A stretch of 64,000 nt of DNA from Vicinamibacterales bacterium (GTDB lineage Bacteria; Acidobacteriota; Vicinamibacteria; Vicinamibacterales; JAMQPK01): contig CAWHUA010000008.1 of the NCBI GenBank assembly GCA_963832375.1, positions 1,008,133-1,072,132 on the forward strand, written 5' to 3'. Below are positions 48,746 to 59,084 of the stretch, piece after piece. The position numbers and the translations under genes were made by a program. The notes under the pieces are model-generated. The model made no database searches. It was given only the letters and a program-made list of their open reading frames with translations, and had not been told where the DNA came from. Each line of letters begins with the position of its first letter. Position 1 is the stretch's first letter.

Positions 48746-50794
48746 CAGATATCGACGCTCACGACGCTCGTGACTTCCTCGACGGTCGTCAGTCCCTCGG
48801 CGAGCAGCCAGGCGGCGTAGCGCTTGAGATCGATCATCCCCTCCTCGACGGCCGCCGCGTGAATCTCTTCGGAGCGGGCGCCGTCGCCGACGAGCGCGCG
48901 AAGACGGGGCGTCATCTTCATCACCTCGTAGATGCCCGACGCGGCCTCTTCACGCCCTTGCCGCCGCAGCTGCGTGCAGCCCCGCCCCTCGTAGATCGTC
49001 GTGCCTTCCGGCAGCCCGAAGAACCGCGCGATGTTCGCATCGGCCGGATAGGGCTCCTTGCACTCCTGGCACAGCCGCCGCGCCAGCCGCTGCGCGATGA
49101 CGCCGATCGTCGACGACGACACGAGGAACGGCTCGACGTCCATTTCCTGGAGCCGCGTGAACGCGACCGCGGCGCTGTTGGTGTGGAGCGTCGTAAAGAC
49201 GAGATGGCCCGTCAGCGCGGCTTCGACGGCGGTGTGCGCGGTCTCCTTGTCGCGCGTCTCGCCCACGAGCAGCACGTCCGGATCCTGGCGCAGAAACGCG
49301 CGCAGCACGCTGGCGAACGTCAGGCCGATGGCGGTGTTCACCTGAATCTGCGTGACGCCGGGCAGGTCGTACTCGATCGGATCTTCGGCGGTCGAGATGT
49401 TCACGCCGGGATCGTTGATTTCCGCCAGCGCGGAATACAGCGTCGTCGTCTTGCCCGATCCGGTCGGCCCGGTCACGTAGATGATGCCGTAGGGCTGCTG
49501 GATCATCTCGCGCACGAGCGCCAGCGACGGCGGCATGCGATGATCAGCTTGTCGAGGCCGAGCGTGGTGTTCGACCTGTCGAGGATGCGCATGCACGACC
49601 TTCTCGCCCCACTTGCCCGGCACGGTCGACACGCGGAAGTCGATCGGCTTGCCGTCCATGCGTCACGCTGATGCGGCCGTCCTGCGGCAGCCGCTTCTCG
49701 GCGATGTCGAGCTGGCTGAGAATCTTGAACCGCGAGATCAGGCCCAGCTGCACGCGCTTCGGCAGCTTCTGCACGACCTGCAGCACGCCGTCGATCCGGA
49801 AGCGCACGGTGACGTCCCCTTCCATCGGCTCGATGTGGATGTCGCTCGCTCCCCTGCTTGATGGCGAGGCCGAGGATCGAGTTGGCCAGCCGGATGATGG
49901 GCGCGTCTTCCGACGCGCTCATCAGATCCTGCTTGGTTTCGGCCTTCGGCTCGTCGGTGTCGGCCGCCAGCTGCAGCTCGCGGATCAGATCCGACTGGAG
50001 CAGATCCACACCGCCAGGCGCGGCCGGCTTTGCGCCGGCCGCAGGCGCGCCCGGCGCGCGGGCGGGCGCCGGCTTCGTGCGGCGGGAGCCCCGTCGTTGT
50101 CCTGCGCCATCAGCTGCGGGTAGGTCGTGTCATGAAGCGCTTGAAGTCGTCCTCGGTCACGACCGCCGGCTCGATCAGCACGCCCTTGAGGACCCGGCGC
50201 ACATCGTCGAACGCGACGATGTTGTTCGGATTGGTCATCGCCAGCGTCAGCCGGTTGTTGGCAAACGCGATCGGGACGACCTTGTGCTCGTTGACGATGG
50301 CCGGCGGCAGCAGCGTGAGGACGCGCGGATCGATCTTCACGCGCGACAGGTTGACGAAGTCGACGCCGATGTGACGGTTCGCCGCGTCGAGACGCTCGGC
50401 CAGCGCCGCCATCATGCGCCCGCGCGGCCGCCGGGATGCTCGGCGAGCAGCTGATCGAAGTCCGCCTGCTCGAGGATGCGCGCAGGTCGTCGCCTCGAGC
50501 GCGACGACCGATGGCGGTGCGCGGCTTCCCCGTGAGCAGCGCCATCTCGCCGAACATCTGTCCCTCGCCGAGCTCGGCGAGCAGGAACTCGATGCCGGAG
50601 TCCGGATCCTTGCGGCGGACGGCCACCGGCCCGATAGGACGATGAAAGCCGAGTCGTCGGCGGCTGCCCTCTCGGACGATGACCGAGCGGGGCGCGAACT
50701 CGCGGCGACGCATCCGGTGCTCGAGACGCGCGAGCGCATCGGATGAGACCTCGGTGAAGAGCGGCAGGCGACCGAGCGATGCGCCGGAATTCAT
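48745..50794 (-). CDS. cNMP-binding domain fused to PilB/GspE-type ATPase (several frameshifts)
   Basis: FGEMALLTGKPRTA phosphate-binding cassette; LTLAMTNP T2SSE N domain; SDIHIEP, RFRIDG, GPTGSGKTT, TAEDPIE, LRQDPD, TGHLVFTTLHTN, CQEC. Confidence 0.85.
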
Positions 50795-50832
50795 CGATGC
50801 GCGCATCTTACAACAGCAAACTCGCGTATCAT

Positions 50833-52790
50833 GTGAGCGACGATGAATCAACCGATCACTCGACGCGATCTGCACACGACGTCGGGGACGCCTGGACCAC
50901 GGTCGACGCCGCCGAGCTCTACGAGATTGCCCGCTGGGGTCAGGGCTACTTTTCAATCGGCGAAAACGGTCACGTCAAAATCCACCCGACGAAAGAGCCG
51001 CACCGCTCGATCGATCTGAAGCAGCTGGTCGACCATCTGCAGCTGCGCGGCATCAGCCTGCCGACGCTCGTGCGATTCCGCGACATCCTCCAGCACCGGC
51101 TGCAGGACATCCACGAGGCCTTTCAGGCGGCCATCACGCAGCACGAATACACGCGGCAATTACATCTGCGTCTATCCGATCAAGGTGAACCAGCAGCGCC
51201 AGGTCGTCGAGGAGGTCTTCAATTTCGGCAAGCCGTTCAAGTTCGGCCTCGAGGCCGGCTCGAAGCCCGAGCTGCATCGCGGTGGTCTCGATCGCCGACA
51301 ACGACACGCCGATCATCTGCAACGGCTTCAAGGACGCCGAGTTCATCGAGCTGGCCATGCTGGCGCAGAAGATCGGCCGGAAGATCATCCCGGTCGTCGA
51401 GAAATACACCGAGCTCGACCTCATTCTCGAGCATGCCGAGCGGATCGGCGTGCGGCCCGAACATCGGCATGCGCGTCAAGCTCGCCGCCCGCGGCGGCGG
51501 TCGCTGGCAGTCGTCGGGCGGCTACCGCTCGAAGTTCGGCCTGACGGTCGCCGAGATTCTGCAGGGCCTCAAAGAGCTGAAGACCCGCGGCATGGAAGAC
51601 TGCTTCCAGCTGCTCCACTTCCACCTCGGCAGCCAGATTCCGAACATCCGCATCGTCAAAGGCGCGCTCAACGAAGCGGCCCGCGTTTACGTCGAGCTCG
51701 CGCAGGCCGGCGCCGGCCTGAAATACATGGACGTCGGCGGCGGGCTGGGCGTCGACTACGACGGCTCGCAGACCAACTTCGAGTCGAGCGTCAACTACAC
51801 GCTGCAGGAATACGCCAACGACGTCGTCTATCACCTGCAGACGGTGTGCGACGAGGCCAAGGTGCCGCACCCGACCATCATCTCGGAGAGCGGACGGGCG
51901 ATCGTCGCGCATCACAGCCTGCTGGTGTTCAACGTGCTCGGGCGCGATCGGGATTCGGCACGACGAAGTGCCGACGCGCAGCGACCCCGGAAATGGAGCG
52001 GCCGCTCGTCGACCTGATCGAGACCTACAGCAGCCTGACGACCCGCAACGCGCTCGAGAGCTACCACGACGCCCAGCAGGCGCTCGACATGGCGATCAAC
52101 CTGTTCTCGACCGGCTATCTGCCGCTCGAGCAGCGGTCGCAGGCCGAGAGTCTCTACTGGGCGATCTGCATGAAGCTGCAGAAGCTGGTCAAGACGATGG
52201 AAGAGGTGCCGGAAGACCTGCAGCACCTCGACGAGTCGCTGTCGGACACCTACTTCTGCAACTTCTCGCTGTTCCAGTCGGTGCCCGACAGCTGGGCGAT
52301 CAAGCAGCTGTTCCCGGTGATGCCGATTCACCGGCTCAACGAGCAGCCGACGCGGCACGCCGTGCTCGGCGACATCACCTGCGACTCGGACGGCAAGATC
52401 GATCAGTTCATCGATCGCCGCGACGTGCGCCGCACGCTGCCGCTGCACGCGTTCAACGGCGTCGCCGTACTACCTCGGCGTGTTCCTGGTCGGCGCCTAT
52501 CAGGAAATTCTGGGAGACCTGCACAACCTCTACGGCGACACGCACGCCGTCCACGTGAGCCTCGATGCCGACAACGACGTCGTCCTCGATGCGGTCATCA
52601 AGGGGGACACGGTGCGCGAAGTGCTGAAGTACGTGCAGTTCGACGGCGAGGCGCTCATCAGCGAAGCTGCGCGCCGACGTCGAAGCCGCCGTGCGCGACG
52701 GCCGGCTCGACTACGAAGAGTCAGGCCGGCTGCTGCCGTTCTTCGAAGAAGGGCTGCACGGGTACACGTACCTGGAAGAGCAGAGAGTGA
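50833..52790 (+). CDS. speA: Biosynthetic arginine decarboxylase (several frameshifts)
   Basis: [65 protein letters not shown]. Confidence 0.93.
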
Positions 52791-52796
52791 GGGGCT

Positions 52797-52840
52797 TCGC
52801 ACGTATTCGCAGATTCGGCAGATTGGTGGATTGGTGGATT
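52797..52840. repeat. 8-bp degenerate repeats (CAGATTCG/GGATTGGT)
   Basis: Between convergent genes. Confidence 0.5.
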
Positions 52841-53661
52841 ACGAGCCGCCAGTCTGCGACTGCCGCCACCGTTACCGCGCCGGCTGAGAGAGCATGGCAC
52901 CTTCCTGAACATCTCGGCGCGCAGCGGGAGGATGAACGAGAACCGGTAGTCGGCCTCCATCCGGCCGATCGGAATACCGACGAGATTCCCTTCCTGATTC
53001 AGCACTCCCCCACCCGACACGCCCGGATGCCCGTCGGTTAACGACGTGACGAGGCCATCCGCCGTCCGCTGACCGATGTAGCCGGTGCTCAGGATGATGC
53101 CCTTCGAGTAGTCGTTGCCGAGACGGAAGATCGGATCGGCGAACGCGTACGTGTAGCTCATGTCGAGGGTCAACGGCGGCAGGTCGATCGTCGTCGCACC
53201 TTGATGATGGCCCAGTCGCCTGGATGGACTTCCGCAGTCGGCGGTGCCGCTGTCGACGACCGTCGCCGCAAGCGACTCACCCTTGTAGAGCAGCCGCACC
53301 GATGTCGTCTGCTGCTGGTTGTTCGGTCAGCGGCATCACGCCGTGTTTCACGGTGATGAAGTATCCGTTGCCGAGGTAACCGGCGGTGCTGTACCGCATC
53401 GCGCCGAACTCGTCGTAGGCGTTCACCTCGACGAAGCTGTTGCGCCGGTCGCGCAGCATGCTGATCGGCATCAGTCCCATCTCGCTGCGACAGGTGTGCG
53501 TGACTCGGTCAGCAGTGGCGTTCTGCGCGTCGATGGCCTCGGCGATTCGACGTCTCGAGACGGCGCTGCGAATACCAGGCGCCCAGCGAGAAGCTGGAGG
53601 CGGCCAGGCAAAATGCCAGCATATAGACGAGTAACACACGTCGACGTCGGCTCAAGCGCAT
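52839..53661 (-). CDS. Trypsin-like (S1) serine protease with N-terminal anchor, frameshifted
   Basis: MRLSRRRRVLLVYMLAF; FITVKHGV; GHPGVSGGGVLN..LVGI. Confidence 0.75.
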
Positions 53662-53877
53662 AGCGCTCTCAGCTCCGCCGTGAGGGGCCGAGGCCCATCA
53701 CGATAAGATTGTTAGGAGTGGCAGGGATACCCGAACGCTCATGGACAGCGCGCGGGCAGTAATCAAGAGTAGGGAGGACCACCGGATAAGTCAAGGGCTG
53801 TCACAAAATTACCCAGCAATTCATGACTTGATGGTGCAAAAGGGACACGTTCCGGGTTCCGGTCGCCCGGGTTCCTC

Positions 53878-53965
53878 ACAGAAGATCAGAAGACCAGGAG
53901 GCCTTTTGATCCTTAGATCTCTCGATCTTTAGATCTCTCGATCTCCTGGCCTTCTGATCCTCTGT
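53878..53965. repeat. 23-bp inverted repeat enclosing 8-bp tandem repeats (TTAGATCT/CTCGATCT); probable terminator
   Basis: ACAGAAGATCAGAAGACCAGGAG ... CTCCTGGCCTTCTGATCCTCTGT. Confidence 0.7.
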
Positions 53966-53973
53966 TTCGGCCC

Positions 53974-54897
53974 CTATTTGATCTCGTCGAAGATGACCTG
54001 CGCGTTCGAACGCAGGCGCGCTTCCTGGACATCGGCATAACCCTGGAACTTGGCCGGCTGCTTCCAGGTCTTCACGACCTCTTCCACGCCCTGACCGCCC
54101 TTCTTGGCCGCCCGCATGGCATCGGCGAATTCGCGGTTGAACGTGGCGTATTCCATCAGCTCGGTCATGTTCATGTTGACGCTGTGACCGGTGACGACCG
54201 TATCGGCCACCTTGCTGAACGTGCTCTGCGCCTTGGCAATGGTGTCGCCGATCTCGAGACCGCTGCCGCCGTTGTTGGCGTCGAGCAGCGGCAGGTTCTT
54301 GCCCGAGACGATGTCGCCCGCGGAAACCACGCGCAGCGCCGGGAAGAGCACCCACGCGTCGCCGTTGGTGTGGCCGCGGCCGAAGTAGTAGAGATCGATC
54401 TGGTCCGGCCCTGTGCCGATCGTCATCCGATCCTTGAAGGTGCGCTTCGGAAGACCCTTTCCGCCATTCTGCTCGAAGATATTGGTCGGCGGCGGCGCGC
54501 CGGGCTTGCTGATCCCGGTGACGGCGCGCATCTGCTTCATGTTGGTCGCGGTGTTCTCCTGCACCACGATGTCGACCGTCGTCGGGAACTCGACGTTGCC
54601 GCTCACGTGGTCGCCGTGCGTATGCGTGTTGATGATGGTCGTGATGGTCTTGGGGCTCAGCTCCTTGATCTTCGCCAGAATCGGCGCGCCCCATCCCGGG
54701 TTCTTCGTGTCGACGACGCTGATGCCGTTGGACTGCACGAACACGGTCGTGTTGCCGCCACCGCCCTTCAGCACGAACAGGTTCTCTTTCAATTTCTCGA
54801 CTTCGACCACCATGGGCTTCTGCCCACCCTGCTGTGCAGCGACGTAGGTCATCGCGCCGACAGCGACCAGGGACGTGAGAAGAACGATGCGCTTCAT
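53974..54897 (-). CDS. Secreted MBL-fold metallo-hydrolase
   Basis: THTHGDH, GHTNGD, AGD, VTGH; ATGA overlap with upstream gene. Confidence 0.93.
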   Translation of the reverse strand: MKRIVLLTSLVAVGAMTYVAAQQGGQKPMVVEVEKLKENLFVLKGGGGNTTVFVQSNGISVVDTKNPGWGAPILAKIKELSPKTITTIINTHTHGDHVSGNVEFPTTVDIVVQENTATNMKQMRAVTGISKPGAPPPTNIFEQNGGKGLPKRTFKDRMTIGTGPDQIDLYYFGRGHTNGDAWVLFPALRVVSAGDIVSGKNLPLLDANNGGSGLEIGDTIAKAQSTFSKVADTVVTGHSVNMNMTELMEYATFNREFADAMRAAKKGGQGVEEVVKTWKQPAKFQGYADVQEARLRSNAQVIFDEIK

Positions 54898-55976
54898 GCC
54901 GTGCCTCCAGGAAAGAAGACCCGTTGAACGAACCACAAGACGCCGGCCAGCATGACGATCACCGACCCGGCTATCGCGAGCCGCCGTCCGGCGGTCTCGC
55001 CCTGCAATCGAATCCGCGCGAACAACCACGCAAGGGCTACCGCCATCGCGAGCTGCCCGATTTCGACCCCTATATTAAAGGAGAACAGGGCCCATCCAAG
55101 CGCCCGATTCGGCAAATCCAGCGCCCGCAGTACGCTGGCGAACCCGAACCCGTGAATCAGGCCGAAGCCGAACGCCACCCAGGCCCGCGTGTCGCGGCCG
55201 CCCGCCCCCACGAGCAGATTGTCCGCCCCGACATACACCACGCTGAGCGCGATAGCCGGTCCGATGGCGTTCTCGGGCGGGATCACCAGCCTGAGCGCGG
55301 CCAGCGCCAGCGTGGTGCTGTGCGCGACGGTAAAGGCCCCCACGACGATGAGAAGGTGCCTGAGCGTGCCGCCGAGGAGGAGCAGACCCGCCAGAAACAT
55401 CAGATGGTCCGACCCAAGAACAAAGTGACGCACCCCCGCCTGCACGAAGCTCCGCACCACCGCCCACACGCCCTGCCTCGTATCCATGAAGTACTGAAAC
55501 GTCGTCTTGCTTCTGTCCAGAATGGCCTGGGCCACGATTTGGCCGCTGTCATAGACGTTCAGGAAGGTCTTGTGCTGAGGATCGTAGGGAAACATGAGCG
55601 TTTCGACGTCCGCCCGGCCGAATGGACCATCGAGGGCGTAGCGCGTGTGAAAGCGGACGGATTGACGCTCGGGCAGCGCCTCCGGCGCGGACCATGCCGA
55701 ACGGGTCAGCGTGCGGCCGTCGGTCCGGACCTGCAGGCGGGCATCCAGCAGCTCGAAGAGCGCGCCTGCGCGAGCCTCGAGCGTGTCGCGTTCGAGCAGC
55801 TTTTCAATCGGCTGAATCTTGAGATCGTTGGCGAGGTCGAACATATGCGCCACGACGGTGACGTCGATCGCGTCCGATTCGATTCGCGCATCGATGAAGC
55901 TGAACGGGACAGGGTGGGCGAGCGCCGACGCGGCAAGACAGCACGCGACGACCGCCGAGAGCGCGGCCTTTCTCAT
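54894..55976 (-). CDS. HupE/UreJ-family membrane protein
   Basis: ALAH signal; GSDHLMFL, FTVAHS, FGLIHGFGFA, FNIGVEIGQ. Confidence 0.9.
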   Translation of the reverse strand: MRKAALSAVVACCLAASALAHPVPFSFIDARIESDAIDVTVVAHMFDLANDLKIQPIEKLLERDTLEARAGALFELLDARLQVRTDGRTLTRSAWSAPEALPERQSVRFHTRYALDGPFGRADVETLMFPYDPQHKTFLNVYDSGQIVAQAILDRSKTTFQYFMDTRQGVWAVVRSFVQAGVRHFVLGSDHLMFLAGLLLLGGTLRHLLIVVGAFTVAHSTTLALAALRLVIPPENAIGPAIALSVVYVGADNLLVGAGGRDTRAWVAFGFGLIHGFGFASVLRALDLPNRALGWALFSFNIGVEIGQLAMAVALAWLFARIRLQGETAGRRLAIAGSVIVMLAGVLWFVQRVFFPGGTA

Positions 55977-56004
55977 AGCCGCAGAGATGGTAGTGCATCT
56001 CACC

Positions 56005-56046
56005 ATTGGTAGATTGGGAGATTGGAAGATTGGTAGATTAAGAGAT
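56005..56046. repeat. 8-bp tandem repeat (ATTGGTAG variants)
   Basis: About five units directly before ATG 56050. Confidence 0.6.
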
Positions 56047-56049
56047 GTC

Positions 56050-56421
56050 ATGCGAGCAAAGAAGGGCGCGTTCGATGTCGTTCGAGAGCTCGCGGCGGCT
56101 CTACCCGGCGTCGAGGAAGGCACGATGTACGGCTCACCCGCGTTGAAGCTGCGGGGAAAGATGGTGGCGTGCATGGCGACCAACAAGGCGGCCGACCCCG
56201 ATTCGCTGGTCGTGCAGGTGGGATTCGTGAACCGCGATCTCCTGGTCGTCAAAGACCCGAAGACGTATTACCTGCGCAAACACTACGAGGGATATCCGGT
56301 GATGCTGGTGCGCCTGAGCGTCATCGCGCGCGACGAACTGCGCGAGATTCTCGAGATGGCGCATCGTCACGTATCAGTCACCGCGAAGCGCAAAGGCCGC
56401 AAGGTTCGTCGACCTCGGTAA
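56050..56421 (+). CDS. MmcQ/YjbR-family protein
   Basis: LPGVEEGTMYGSPAL, HYEGYPVMLVRL. Confidence 0.88.
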   Translation: MRAKKGAFDVVRELAAALPGVEEGTMYGSPALKLRGKMVACMATNKAADPDSLVVQVGFVNRDLLVVKDPKTYYLRKHYEGYPVMLVRLSVIARDELREILEMAHRHVSVTAKRKGRKVRRPR

Positions 56422-56482
56422 GCTGACCCCTCATCGATCGAAACTGCGCGGACGGCCGCGGCCAGCCGTTCCCCATCAGGAT

Positions 56483-56713
56483 GCGGTTTCAAAACGGATG
56501 AGCGGGTCCTGTCGCCGGGCTGCCCCGTCCCCACGGCACCCCAACGCGGCTGCCGCGTTGGGGACCCCGCGTCCTCGGTCCGAACAACACGTGTACGAGA
56601 GACGGACCTGCGCCCTTCGATAAACTCAGGGCGTCCCGAGCGCAGTGGAGGGGCGGGCGTGGCCGGGGCGGCCCCGCCCGGCGCCACCCGCTCATCAGAG
56701 GTTTTGAAACCGC
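56483..56713. mobile_element. Non-autonomous MITE-like element with nested palindromes
   Basis: TIRs GCGGTTTCAAAAC..GATGAGCGGGT / ACCCGCTCATC..GTTTTGAAACCGC; no ORF. Confidence 0.65.
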
Positions 56714-56736
56714 GCCTTCTACGCACTGACTTTCGA

Positions 56737-57396
56737 CTAGCGACTGTCGACCTGCGACTGTCGACTGACCAGTGCTTTATCAAACAAGATCGGCCCGACG
56801 TGTTCCGCGGCGATCGAGGCAAAGTAGGCGCGGTCGCCGAACCGGTGATCGATGTACGAGCCCCGTACGCGCTCGACGAATCCCTGCTTGCGGAAGATGT
56901 GCTGCGAGGTGGTGTTGGTCGCTTCCGTCACGGCGATGTGAAAGCCCCGCGGGGCGGCATGCTCCAGACAGGCCGCCACCAGGCCGTGACCGATCCCGCG
57001 ACCGGCGTGCATCCGCGCGACACCGAGCAGAAACAGGTGCAGGCACTCCCCTTTCCGCGGAGGCTCACCCTTGCGGTACGCGGCGTCCAGTCGTCCGAGG
57101 ATGTCGAAGATCGGATCGAACCTCGGGCTCAACGTTTCCATTCCGTCGGGCATGATCGACGCGGAGTCTTCGGCCAGGAGAGCCCCGACCATCTCTCCGG
57201 TCTCCCTTGCGCGAGCGACGATCGCGAGCCCTTCTTCGGCCGCTTTCGGGCACAAGAGCCGCACGAAGTGCTCGAAGTCGGCCGACGTGAGACCGGTGGC
57301 CACCGCCGGCGGATCGCGTTCGCTGAAGACCTCGCCGAGCAACGCAGCCATCTCGTCGCAGTCCGACCGGCGATACACGCTGTAGTCGATCGTCAT
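56737..57396 (-). CDS. GNAT N-acetyltransferase (3' end runs into 7-bp repeats)
   Basis: LLGV..HAGRGIGHGL, TEATNTTSQHIFRKQGF. Confidence 0.88.
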   Translation of the reverse strand: MTIDYSVYRRSDCDEMAALLGEVFSERDPPAVATGLTSADFEHFVRLLCPKAAEEGLAIVARARETGEMVGALLAEDSASIMPDGMETLSPRFDPIFDILGRLDAAYRKGEPPRKGECLHLFLLGVARMHAGRGIGHGLVAACLEHAAPRGFHIAVTEATNTTSQHIFRKQGFVERVRGSYIDHRFGDRAYFASIAAEHVGPILFDKALVSRQSQVDSR

Positions 57397-57432
57397 GGCC
57401 CCGTCCGTGGCGGAAGTATAAACTCGTCACGC

Positions 57433-58113
57433 ATGTCGCCACTGAGGTTTGCGGCCGCGGTCGTGCTCTTCTCGGCAGCAACAGCGCTGGCTCAGACGGC
57501 CGCGGCGCCAGGCGTCCATCCCGTATCCGGCCGCCGGTTTGCCAACGTCATGGGCTGGCAGGGAGCGAACTGGCTGGAACGTTCGGAGCGCGAGTCCGAG
57601 GAGGAGCCCGACAAAGCGCTCGACGCGCTGGGAAGCCTCACCGGGCTGACCGTCGCCGACGTGGGCGCGGGATCGGGCTACTTCACTATCAGGCTGGCGT
57701 CGCGCGTCGGACCTGCAGGCCGCGTGTTTGCCAACGATCTCCAGTCCGAGATGCTGAAGATGCTCACCGCCCGGCTGGCCCGCGAACGTGTGACGAACGT
57801 GACGCTCGTGCAGGGCGCGATCGACGATCCGAAGCTTCCCTCCTCATCCCTGGATCTCGCGATCATGGTCGACGTCTATCACGAGTTCTCCGAGCCGCAG
57901 AAGATGCTGCGTGGCCTGCGCGCTGCGCTGAAGCCCGGCGGGCGCCTGGTGCTGCTCGAATATCGCAAAGAGGATCCGCAGGTGCCCATCCGGTTCGAGC
58001 ACAAGATGTCGGTGGCCGAAGCGCGCCTCGAGCTCGAGGCCGAGGGATTTCTGTTCTCGAGGCTCGACGACCGCCTGCCCAGGCAGCACATCCTGATTTT
58101 TTCGAAATACTAG
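57433..58113 (+). CDS. Class I SAM-dependent methyltransferase with signal peptide
   Basis: VADVGAGSGYF, VDVYHEF, LKPGGRLVLLEYR. Confidence 0.92.
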   Translation: MSPLRFAAAVVLFSAATALAQTAAAPGVHPVSGRRFANVMGWQGANWLERSERESEEEPDKALDALGSLTGLTVADVGAGSGYFTIRLASRVGPAGRVFANDLQSEMLKMLTARLARERVTNVTLVQGAIDDPKLPSSSLDLAIMVDVYHEFSEPQKMLRGLRAALKPGGRLVLLEYRKEDPQVPIRFEHKMSVAEARLELEAEGFLFSRLDDRLPRQHILIFSKY

Positions 58114-58176
58114 CGGGTTCGGCTACCATTGGGCGTCCCCGAACATTCCGGTCTTCCCAGGAGAGGAGCCCAGGCG

Positions 58177-59010
58177 ATGAAGCGAAGAGCGTTCCTCGAA
58201 ACAGTCGGCGTCGGTTTGATGGGCACAGGTCTGGCGAGCGCACAGTCGGCGCCCGCGCGCCAGGGATCGGCGTTCCTCGGCGAAGGCACCCGAAAACCCC
58301 AGACGTCAATTCCCGTCAAGAAAATCAAGACGGTCGCGCTCTTCAAGAGCCCCGAGATGTACCCGAACGGGATTGCGGTCTCGCCCGAAGGCCTGTGGAT
58401 TGCCGAACAGAAGTCAGACAACGCGGTGCTGACCGACTGGGAAGGCAAGCTGCTGAAGACGATCAAGACCCCGTCGAAGAACAGCAGCGGCATTGCGTAC
58501 GGCGGCGGGCGCGTGTGGATGGCCGCGAACCGCGCGCCGAATGGCATCTTCGAAATCGACATGAACGGCACGGTGGTCTCGCACCGCCAGATTCCGCTCG
58601 GTCCGAAGGAAGACGGCGGCGGATGCCACGGTATTGAATACGTCGACGGGAAGCTTTACATCGCGGCGCTTCGCATGCGCGGCATTCTGCGGGTGGACGT
58701 CAAGACCTGGCAGCCCGAGATGTTCATCAGCTACAACGTGCCCCGCGCGCACGGCATGGCGTACGATCGCCGCGACAACTCAATCTGGCTTGTCACCGGC
58801 CTGCAGGACGGATCCGCCGGATTGATTCAGTACGACGCGGCCACCGGCCGCACGCTCTCGACGGCGCAGTTCGCCAAGACCGACAGCGACCCGCACGGCC
58901 TCGCGTGGTACAACGGCGTGCTCTACAGCAGCGACGCCGGCATCCACCCCGGCTGGGAGGACGACGTCTCGCCGACGCACGGGTATATCTTCAGGATCGA
59001 TTTCGTGTAG
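58177..59010 (+). CDS. Tat-exported beta-propeller protein
   Basis: MKRRAFL; repeats PNGIA, SGIAY, HGIEY, HGMAY, HGLAW. Confidence 0.8.
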   Translation: MKRRAFLETVGVGLMGTGLASAQSAPARQGSAFLGEGTRKPQTSIPVKKIKTVALFKSPEMYPNGIAVSPEGLWIAEQKSDNAVLTDWEGKLLKTIKTPSKNSSGIAYGGGRVWMAANRAPNGIFEIDMNGTVVSHRQIPLGPKEDGGGCHGIEYVDGKLYIAALRMRGILRVDVKTWQPEMFISYNVPRAHGMAYDRRDNSIWLVTGLQDGSAGLIQYDAATGRTLSTAQFAKTDSDPHGLAWYNGVLYSSDAGIHPGWEDDVSPTHGYIFRIDFV

Positions 59011-59019
59011 TTCGTGGTG

Positions 59020-59084
59020 GGTAGGTCGGGGTCGGGAGGGGTTTTCGTGCAAGGGCAGAAAACCCCTCCCGACCCCGACCTACC
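59020..59084. terminator. Perfect 27-bp-stem hairpin between convergent genes
   Basis: GGTAGGTCGGGGTCGGGAGGGGTTTTC / GAAAACCCCTCCCGACCCCGACCTACC. Confidence 0.8.

Noticed and set aside
53662-53870. Riboswitch or ncRNA upstream of the protease (also intergenic 6100-6470)
   Set aside because: I recognise no riboswitch consensus by eye; an Rfam search would be needed.
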